The notes under the pieces: model-generated | Told to the model about the DNA's origin: nothing | What the model saw: the letters and a program-made list of their open reading frames with translations, nothing else | Database searches by the model: none | Made by a program: the position numbers and the translations under genes | Part shown: positions 54,155-64,000 of the stretch, in pieces | How the letters are laid out: each line of letters begins with the position of its first letter | How positions within the stretch are numbered: the stretch's first letter is position 1 | Origin: Octopus sinensis | Taxonomy: Eukaryota | Assembly: GCF_006345805.1 (NCBI RefSeq) | Contig: NC_042997.1 | Location: 185,194,001 to 185,258,000, forward strand | Length of the DNA: 64,000 bases | Direction: 5' to 3'

Positions 54155-54656
54155 TGTGGAGGCGCAATGGCCCAGTGGTTAGGGCAGCGGACTCGCGGTC
54201 GGAGGATCGCGGTTTCAATTCTCAGACCGGGCGTTGTGTGTGTTTACTGAGCGAAAACACCTAAAGCTCCTCAAGGCTACGGCAGGGGGTGGTGGCGACC
54301 CCTGTTGTACTCTTTCGCCCCAAATTTCTCTCACTCTTTCTTCTTGTTTCTTGAGGAACGCTGCGATGGAATGGCGTCCCGTGCAGCTGGCGGGGGGAAC
54401 ACATACGCCATAAAAACTGGGAAACCGAGCCCATGAGCCTGGCTAGGCTTGAAAAAAGGCGAAAGAGGATGTAAGGTACCCATTAGTATGATCTTTTCCA
54501 ATTCACTTATTTTGAAACTGCCACGACTTTCTCTCACTCTTTCTTCCTGTTTCTTGAGTAACGCTGCGATGGACTGGCATCTCGTCCAACTGGGGGGAAC
54601 ATATACGCCATAGAAAATGGTAAACCGGGCCTATCAGCCTGGCTAAGCTTGAAAGG
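54155..54656 (+). mobile_element. SINE family B (subtype B1) plus an adjacent 3'-half copy (54521-54656)
   Basis: Full copy 54155-54460. ACTTTCTCTCACTCTTTCTT...AGCCTGGCTA.GCTTGAAA is repeated. Confidence 0.88.
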
Positions 54657-55640
54657 AATGCGCGCATAAATAAATAAAAAATCATTTGCAGCGGACAAAA
54701 CAAATCATGAAAATTTATAACATAAGCTGAGACAATACATTTCCGTACCAGATTCTTTATTTTGCTTTACAGTCCCGAAAAAGAAAAAGGGTCCCTCAGA
54801 TCCTAAAGCAATGAAATGGTAATTAGTCATATACCGTGTTTAATTCAATTTAAAATATCACTTCTTTTCAAAATTGTCCTTATGTACCCAATCAATAAAT
54901 TCCTTATCAGCTGTCGTACTTCATTTGTCACAAACACATTCCGGATGTGGCTAAGCAACATTTATTTTCTCTTTCTTAATATGCATAGCACATTGTGCTT
55001 CCATCATATGCCACTCAGGAACCGTATTAGTGCACATCGATCTGTACATATGACAGGAGGATTTTTAAACAGTCAGACAATTACATAATAAACGCAACAT
55101 ATTTCATAAGCGGTAGCACAAATATTTTCCATCCATGTCTCTTTTATACTGAGCAGTGCAATTGTGAAAACCTAGATAACATATATCTATGTATGATAAG
55201 AATTATAAGCACATGTTGTATGAGTCATAAAAGATATTTGATATTTGAGTCGCTAAGAATACATCTCTATGCGAAAATACTCATCAGTTTGACGAAGGTT
55301 CATGCAATATGGTGATAAATAACGGGTTTCTATCTAATAAACCTGACAACTTGAATCACAACAGAAGACATGTCGAGTTAGATACATTCTTACGTAAGTT
55401 ATTTATGAAATATCTGAGGTTCGTGGATAATAGTGACGGAATAAAGAGACACAAATCATCTTTCAAATTTGAGGTAAAACAGATTATGCTTACTACCAGC
55501 ACATTACTCAATGGCTTATTCACAATACCAAGGAGAATTGTTTTTATGAGGGATGCGCGTTCAAAAAGCATGCACACTCATATAAACACCTACCTCACAG
55601 AAATACGCGCGCGCACATACACAGACACATATATGTTTAC

Positions 55641-55709
<69 letters not shown>

Positions 55710-55713
<4 letters not shown>

Positions 55714-56225
55714 CCTTGAAACTTTACTCCCTCCAGCGTCGCGTGAGCGGTACATCATTTGTACGATGTGGAAAATATACCGCCAACTTTGCCCAAACGA
55801 CCTAAACATTACCTTCAAGGTTCATCCGAGACTTGGACCACGGGCTAAACGTCCCCTGCCAAATTCAAGATTACAACATACATGTACACTGCAACATAAT
55901 TTCTTTTCCTCAACAGGCCCTGCCCTATTTAACATTGTCCCGAGGGAGATCAAAGAGGAAAAGGATCCCATCAACTTCAAACAAAGTCTGGATAGATTCC
56001 TTCAAAGAATACCAGATAAGCCACCCATAATTGGATACAACTCACCCAACAAGAACTCACTACTTGAACAAAACTGGATACAACTCACCCAACAAGAACT
56101 CACTACTTGAACAAAACTTGACTTAAACAGGATTCGAATAATCCTATCAGGTGGTGCTATTAAGTTAGACATGGCTTGGACCAATCTCTGGTCGAAACAT
56201 ATCTAAGTTTTTATCTAAGTTTTAT
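55710..56225 (+). mobile_element. CR1-clade LINE 3' end (second family)
   Basis: ALKLYSLQ..RERYIICTMWKIY..TGPALFNIVPREIK..FKQSLDRFLQRIPDKP. 43-bp tandem duplication at 56032-56117. 3' UTR stem-loop GACCA-ATCTC-TGGTC-GAAAC and a repeated ATCTAAGTTTTT tail. Confidence 0.88.
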
Positions 56226-56232
56226 ATATATG

Positions 56233-56524
56233 TCTTCTTCTTAAACCTTTTTGCCCCTTGTGGAGCATAGGACCGGTTTCCCCATTTCCTTGACGTATAG
56301 ATACCCACCTGGATGGGACGCCAGTCCGTCGCAGGTGAGCGGCAAAATGCAGGTGGAAAGAGTGAGAGAAAGTTGTGGCGAAAGAGTCAGCAGAAGTTCA
56401 CCATTACCTTCTGCCGGAGCCGCGTGGAGCTTAGGTGTTTCGCTCACACATCGCCCAGTCTGAGATTCGAACCCGCGATCCCTGGACCGCGAGTCCGCTG
56501 CTTTAAGTACTAGGTCATGTGCCT

Positions 56525-56530
<6 letters not shown>
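56233..56530 (-). mobile_element. SINE family B (subtype B2)
   Basis: Reverse-complement match to 34847 and 46054. Confidence 0.88.
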
Positions 56531-56593
<63 letters not shown>

Positions 56594-57737
56594 CAAGATA
56601 TATTATTTGCATGCATATATGCAATATATATGTATGTCTAATATAATATATATGTATAAATAGTGTGTGTGTGTTTGTGTTAAAGTTTCAAACTAGAAAA
56701 AATATATTTCTTTATATTACTTCTTCACCTGAAGAGTTGACGGAGTAATGAATTGAGACTACATTACTTCCGAAAATATGGAGTTCCAGAGAAGTGCGCA
56801 GGTAAGTTAAAACGACATAGACTGCGGGGTTTGATGTTCTGTATTCTTGATTATTGATTGGAATAACGTAAATTATGTGTTAGAAGTGTATTTCGAAGAC
56901 AATTAGAAATACCAGAATATTTAAAACACCTATAGAAAGTACAAAAGTGATGACTAGAATATTTAGATTTTGGAAATTTGAATTTAGCGACTTAAAAAAT
57001 TACATCTCGCTCTTGTATTTATAATGAAATTTAGTTTTAAGAGCTATTGTTTATTTGCTTGCTGTTAACTGTACAATGATAAATTCTGTAAATAATTAAA
57101 TTTTATAATGAGATTAAAGTTATGACAAGAAAGACAGTATGATATGGAAAGTAAATATTGTATAAAATATCGAATCAGATGACATAAGAGAGTGAGAAAA
57201 TGCGATAATAAAAATCAATATCTTATCTAAGAGGACAACTATATGGAACTTAATAAAGCAGTTAATGAAATATGAGAAACTGGTACGAGTGCATGAGTTT
57301 TAAGTATAATATATAAATCAAATTAAAAGTAAAATTTCATTAAAATTATTTAACTGTAGTGTTGATTGATAAATTAGTGACGTTTATATTACTCTTAGAA
57401 CTTTTCAGTTAATATATGACTAGATAGACGATTAAGATTTTAGCTTGTGGATAGAAGAAATTTTGTTTGAATACTTTAATATTATAATTTAAATTGGTGA
57501 GAAACTAGGCAGTTCAGTACAATTTTAATGTCAGTCATATGAAAATTAACATATACCATGTATTTTGGAAACTGGTTAATTATTGGAAATATGTTCCTAA
57601 ACATTGAAGACTAATTTCTTTTATCAAATGAATATTAAAGCTTCATATTCTAATTACATATGTCTAACGAACTTCATTTATTATGAGAAGTATATCCGCT
57701 TTATATATTTTTAATAATTTTAGGGTATTTTTAATGC

Positions 57738-57914
57738 TGTTGTGTGGACGCCTCCAGACGACGAAGTAGGCTAGCCCAATACGTAGATATAGAGGGAGAA
57801 GTTTAAACGTCGATCGTAGACCAGAGTAGAGCAGCTGTTGGACAGAAGACGAGAACAGAGTAGTAGCGGTGAGAGTAGAGTTGAGTAGAAGGTATACGAA
57901 CGTGCGACATAACA
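57738..57914. mobile_element. Probable solo LTR (177 bp)
   Basis: Termini TGTTGTG...CATAACA (TG..CA, near-perfect 7-bp inverted ends). Flanks AATGC/AATAC form a 5-bp TSD with one mismatch. GC-rich island in very AT-rich DNA. Confidence 0.55.
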
Positions 57915-58240
57915 AATACATATGTGCTAATGACAGTTAAGGTGTGAAACTATAATAATTATTTTGGCAGTTTACTTATATATAGGTATGCGCTCACATA
58001 ATATAAACAAAAATATAGACAAACTTAAGTTATAACTGAGATTTGAAGGCAAGAAGGCATGGCTCTGTGGAATGTAGTTTTAAAGGGGTTATACACGTTT
58101 AAGAGCGACACGTAAAATTGTTGTCATATGACTTTACATCGATGTTAGATTTGGCAAGTGAAAAGAGGTAAGAAAAATATGGTGTACAGATAGAATATAA
58201 ATTAAAAGCTCTTATGGGAGGGTAGTATTAGGACGTATAC

Positions 58241-58652
58241 TCTCTTTTAATCTTTTACTCTTTTACTTGTTTCCGGCATTTGGCTGTGGTCATGTTGGAG
58301 CACCACCTTTAATTGAGCAAATAGACCCCAGGTCTTATTCTTTGTAAGCCTAGTACTTATTCTATCGGTCTCTTTTGCCGAACCGCTAGGTTACGGAGAC
58401 ATAAGCACACCAGCATCGGTTGTCAAATGATGTTGGGGGACAAACACCGACACACAAACATATACACACACTTACATACATATATACATATATACGACGG
58501 GCTTCTTTCAGTTTTCGTCCACTAAATCCACTCACAAGGCTTTTGTCGGCCCGAAACTATAGTAGAAGACACTTGCTTAAGGTGCTACGCAGTGGGATTG
58601 AACCCGGAAGCGTGTGGTTGGTAAGCAGGCTACTTACCACAGAGCCACCCCT
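58241..58652 (-). mobile_element. SINE family A
   Basis: Reverse-complement match, moderately diverged. Confidence 0.87.
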
Positions 58653-59393
58653 ACAATAAATTTCATATAGTAGAATATGGCTTCCAAAATGACAATTCAA
58701 CTCCTACATAGTTGTTGTGCTGGGGAATAATATTACATTTTCTGGTAAGAGATGAAATGCAAAGGAAAGAAATATAGAAAAATACTCAACATTTTTTCAC
58801 TATTTTTGAAAGTGAAAATTTTCAAATCCTTTTAGATTTCTTTTAATAAACATTCGCATATAGCATTATCTTGTATTAAGAGTTTTGTTAACTAGCATGA
58901 AATCTATTGAAACAAAAATAAACTTATCTAGAAGAAGCATATAATTTTCTCTTTAAATTACTACTGCAAGTATGTTTTGTGTAAAAGAGAGGCCATTTTA
59001 ATCGGATATTAAGAACTAAATCTTTCTTCAATGATAAACAGAAATTAGCAAAGACATCAATTTTTCATGTAATTTTAATGTGTTCGCTTCTAATTAAGCA
59101 TCATCACGAATTTGAAGATGAAATATTTCTGCCAATTAATAATATAAAATTCAAAATATATATAAATATATTTCAGTGTGAATTAAAAACCAAAAACAAA
59201 CAAAGAAGTGAAGTGCATATATAGAGAATAATTTGAATGACTGCAATACCAAGTAGAGCCATAAATATTGTTACAAATTTTCTCCTTTAATTTTTTCATA
59301 GGTTTTTGCACCTAAAATATTTTTCTTTGTATCAGTTAATAACCTTCTCCATTGAATTTCAGGACTAACTGATCTAATTTTCAAATTTAAAAA

Positions 59394-59827
59394 TTGGATA
59401 GTGTCAAAGAAAACCGTATGACTGTTGTTGGTCTTCACAAGGCAGCTCACAATGCGTCTACTATTTTCAAACGACTTGAACCGCTTGGAATTAGCAAAAC
59501 TTTTGTATATCGCATGATAAGGAGATTAGCAGATGATCAGACTATCGATGATATTCCAAGGGAAGGTCGTCCTTCCACTGTGAGGACTCCCAAGGTCAAA
59601 GCTGCTGGAGCCATAATTCGAAGGAATCTTCCGAGGAAACAAAAAAATCATGGTTAGAGGGATGGAAATTTCACCCAGATCGATATCTAGGTTAATCAGA
59701 ATCGCGTGCCTATCATCGACGTACAGGACATTGACAGCAAAGTGACAGGATCCAAAGAGCTTCTTCGGTACGCAGGTGGTGCTCATAAAACATCCTTTTC
59801 ACGGATGAGAAAATTTTCACCGTAGAA
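59394..59827 (+). mobile_element. Tc1/mariner transposase relic of Bmmar1/maT (DD37D) type, N-terminal half
   Basis: KENRMTVVGLHKA..LGISKTFVYRMIRR..REGRPSTVRTPKV..IRRNLPRKQKIM..EISPRSISRL..AYHRRTG..ILFTDEKIFTVE, across frameshifts. Confidence 0.85.
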
Positions 59828-61639
59828 TATATAATATCTAGATTTAAAGTGGTATTATCTCTACCATTACATAAAGTAGCTCTTACCCATCAATAGACAG
59901 AAAATTATAAGTTCTTACAATTTTTATATAAGAGAATTATAATGCTATAAAGAATCACGACTAATCACGCTTACATTTACTAATCCAATCAGCAACATTC
60001 GATTTGAAATTGTAATAATCTTATAAGCGAACTGCACTATGACCGAATAACTATATGTATAAAAATCTCATGTAAATTGTCAATAAAAGTTTGGGTAAAA
60101 ATTCAACTTACGTGAATGATATACCGCGTTTAAACTTCTAATATAAATTAAAATGAAATTAATCCCAGATTTAAAAACCGAAACTCCAAACGAAGCAAAT
60201 TTGTTCTGAATAATGTGTTTTCTTGTACTGCATGGGACTAAGTTATATAGTACTGTAGAATCTGACCCTAAAATGCCAGATTTATTTTCTATTCTCATTG
60301 CCGAAAACAAAGTGAGACATTACATAAATATACATTCTTAACATGCAGATTTATTATTAACTGTTTAGTCGTGAACATTTCTTTCGGATTATACAACCTA
60401 TAATACATAATGGTTTATCCAGTTATAACCATGAGGCTCACTTCACAGCGGATTCCAGATAAACTTAAGCATGTAAAATGTACAAACAAAACCAGAATAA
60501 CTAAAATAAAAGAAGAACTGTCTAATCCAATCCATCATTCAGCTTATCTGTAGTTATATCGCTGGCTAAAATGTTATTTTATTAAATATGTCTCATCATA
60601 AAATAATTATTTCAAGATATGTAACAAAAATTATATTAAAATCGCATACTCGGCTAAATCTAATTTGAATAAAATTTAGCTAACTTTATCCAGTTTAAAC
60701 TTCATGGTCCTATAACCTAACCTAAATTATTGGGAATTAAACCGTAAATGTCAAATACAAGGAATTCTATATCGTGCAACGGTAGACACTAACAGCATAT
60801 ATACACATATATTCGCTTCCCTGGTAATCTCTTCAAATTTAGACATCATAACTATTCTTACAATTTCAGCAACGAGAATGAGATCAACGGTGTATTGGGA
60901 CACATTCAACCTAAGAAACGTTTCCCAAATGTTTCCTTCATATCATGAAATGATATATATATAATTAATATAAAATTAATAATTATTATTGGCTTTCAGC
61001 TTTCTTTAACAAGCTAATTATACTTTATTATAATTGCAAAACGCACAATATACATTAACAACATACTTCTTATTATATTAAGTGTGACTTCTTAAAACAC
61101 ATAATGCGATTACAATTTGAAATTTCAGAAATATTTTTTCTTTTTAAAATCAACATTTAATCGTCTTCTTTTTCTAAAATTTAGTACAAAAAGGTCTTTT
61201 AATCAAGCAATCTACTAAACACGTACTATTTGATTATTAGTTAGCAATTTTCATAATATTCATATTGATCATATGGGTATCTTGCCACACTTTCTAATAT
61301 TGAATTATTTCTCTGAAGCTTTTATGGAAACCTCAATACTAACCACACATCGAAATATTAATCTTTAATCCACCTGTATATTATCTGACAAGTTTGTTAT
61401 AGAAAATTCTTAGAAAATACAAATCTCACTAATGGTTTAAAATTGGTTTAAAATTTCTAATGGAATATTTTTCAATGAAATGTTTTAATGAACGATTAAC
61501 TCGTTCTTAGAAATTCCGCTACAAAATAGACCACCTGTGATAAGAATTCAAAAGTAATTTATTGAGTTGATGTTGAGTGAGATTAATGATATAGTTAGTA
61601 CAAAAAAATGGGCAATACTATAAAAGTATTCTATAGCGT

Positions 61640-61850
61640 TCATAATATAGAAAAAATGTTGGTGGAGTGTTGTAGTCAAAACCTCTATGAAATACAAAGA
61701 AAACTGACCAGACATAGAGACATGGGACATAGAAAAGAAAGTCTTCATGGTAGCAGATATCAGTTGTCGAGAAGACATTAGCATTATGAATATTAACAGG
61801 AACAAAGAAAGGGCCTACATCTATGCCAAACTAGAAACCCCTTCCGCAGT
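61640..61850 (+). mobile_element. Decayed R4/Dong-type restriction-like endonuclease fragment
   Basis: KCWWSVVVKTSMKYKEN*PDIETWDIEKKVFMVADISCREDISI matches the WW..K...N.PDI..WD...K.....E.SC..D.NI pattern. Confidence 0.55.
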
Positions 61851-63449
61851 ACGTCTTTCAATTTCCTTCTGTAATTATTAGGATATTTATCTAATTAAAT
61901 CATTGTTCGACTACAGATCTGGAAACTGATGACAGATTGGAATCAGTTACACTCGTATACAAGTACTTCATTTTCAAAGGCCACAAAAATGTTTAAGAAA
62001 AAATCGTCTTTGTTCGGGTTCATAAGAAACTGAGTTTCACAAAGAAAAGATCTAGTGACGACTATAACCTATTAAGAAATTTATGATAATACGTAAAATA
62101 TTCCATAATTTTTTATCTGTTGGTAAATACGTATACACATGCGTAAGCACACAAACATAGAAATCCACTCAGGCAATTACATACATGCACGCATATAATT
62201 TGCAAGGACGTACGTGACTACATAACTGTCGAGTTTTAGTTCTCTATAATTTTGGTTTCATAATTTTAGCTATAATTTTTCGTTCGTGATTTCTTTATCG
62301 GAGGACTTAATTATGGCAACTAAGTACCCCAGTACCAATCTCAACAAGACAGAGTTTCACAAAACCAAAAAAGAATATGGTTAATTAGACAATAATAATT
62401 ATAAGTGACGTCATTAATTGAACATTAAATGCATTTGGAAAATTCTTGAGGTTAAGCCTGTTGAGTACATGTACACGTAAACGTATGAATGTTTACACAT
62501 ACATAAGTCAATACACAGATCCACACATTTGATATGCATTCATTGAAGCACACGTCTACAAATACATCCATCAATGCATACATAACCACACACACACACA
62601 CACGAACGTACATACATACAGACAGACAAACTACAAGCATAATCATTAAGTACAAATTGCTTTAGGAAAAGTTTTTCCATTCATTACATCGAAACATTTC
62701 TGAGAATTTCCCAAGAATATTAACTTTCAACATTCTCATATGCGACAGTTCTGTAGATTGAATGACCCAATACTAGGATTGCTAACGACCACTTTAGTTG
62801 CTAAGTGCTTCTGTTAAATTTACCTCTCTTTATATATCCTCGTCTCTCACTTTCCCTTTCTTTGTTGGTTTTCCTCCTCCTCTCCCTCTCTGTCTCTGTC
62901 TGTATGTCTCTCTCTCTCTCTCTCCCCCTCTCTCGTGCATGATCTATTTCAGCATACTTCCATCATTATTCATGAATTTCTTCCTCTCAGCTCCTACTTT
63001 CTTTACCCCATTTTTCTTTTTCTTCTGTTTCCTCCACTTCTCTCACTTTATTATCTACTGCAATCTTTTAACTTTCACTCCATTTCTCTTAATTATTTCG
63101 ACTACGTCTTTCAAATACTCTCTATGTATTTAGTTCTTACTATATACGCTTCACTTGTGCATGAGATCTGTATGTTCATCTGTCTGCCTATCCAATAATT
63201 TTGCTTATTTTACTTCATATGTTTGTGTACGTGCATAAAGCATGTGCATGGACAGTGTTGACAAGAAGTTCACTGCCAGTGCAAACAACATTAAAAATAA
63301 ACTGTCACTCTGGAACATGCCTATTTATTATTTAATTCTGTTTGTAATAACAGGTGTTGTTTTAGTAGTTGTCAGTGATAACTGTGAGGACTATGATGTG
63401 GTCAGACTTTCAGTAACATTCACCATCGTAGCTGATAGTTTTGCAAGGT

Positions 63450-64000
63450 GTAGTGATTCTATCATCCATAAATGTGGGACGATGAAAAACGTTGTTAAAG
63501 TGATGAATTACATAAAATCGCATTCCCTATAGTGCTGACTTTTTACATCCCTACGTGAAACTATGGATTATGATTTTAAGTGTTTACTACTTTATACAGA
63601 AGTGCGATGGCCCTCGAAAGGGAAAGTGCTCTCTCGATTTATCTCTATGCGAACTGAAATATGTTTCTTCGATGCTGAAAATTCGGATTTGAATTTCTTA
63701 ACAATGATAATTGGTGGTTGGAAGTAGTATTTCTTTTTCAGAAGTTGAACGTTTTAAATTTGAGTCTGCAAGGAGCTAACGAAAATATTACAATTACAAG
63801 CAAATTAGAGTCTTTCATTGACAAGTTAGAACTGTGCATAAGGAAAGTTAAAACTCACCGCTTGATTGCTTCCCAGGCGTAGAGGCTTTTCCAGACAGGT
63901 TAAAAATCTTGTCAGAAGTGCAGAAGACAGTAGAAAACCTCTCTGTATCATTTGCTAAGTATTTGTCACTACTTCATTATCAAATGCAAGAGTCGATCAC
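63450..64000 (+). mobile_element. hAT (Charlie/Buster-type) transposase relic running to the window edge
   Basis: SIIH..MKNVVKVMNYIKSHSL..LFTSLRETMD..LLLYTEVRWPSKGKVLSRF..KLNVLNLSLQG. Confidence 0.87.

Noticed and set aside
54155-54235. tRNA gene at SINE B (and A, C) heads
   Set aside because: A/B-box-like motifs are present, but there is no complete cloverleaf and each continues into a SINE body.
63242-63450. Hydrophobic N-terminal part of ORF 63242-63532 as a membrane protein
   Set aside because: The ORF runs into a decayed hAT transposase frame and has no other support.

Overview
This is AT-rich, repeat-dense eukaryotic DNA, very probably Octopus (inferred from SINE types, Dong/R4-like LINE tails in (AAT)n and microsatellite density). 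No intact host gene can be supported: almost all ORF-track entries are microsatellite translations or decayed transposon frames. Repeats include three tRNA-like SINE families (called A, B, C here) and LINE fragments of the CR1, RTE and R4/Dong types. There are also two gag-like ORF1 relics, two non-autonomous Helitrons, two related GG-ended MITEs with 8-bp TSDs, a deleted mariner, a Bmmar1/maT-like relic, a hAT Charlie/Buster relic and a probable solo LTR. The most interesting feature is a ~475-bp non-coding tandem unit at 17483-19554 (about 4.3 copies, with a head-to-head inversion). Each unit carries a well-paired type I hammerhead ribozyme motif, the architecture of a retrozyme or Penelope pseudo-LTR array. 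Three further Penelope-type minimal hammerhead cores lie at 31.8-33.1 kb. Some inverted duplications next to (AT)n tracts carry indel-type differences and may be long-read assembly artefacts.
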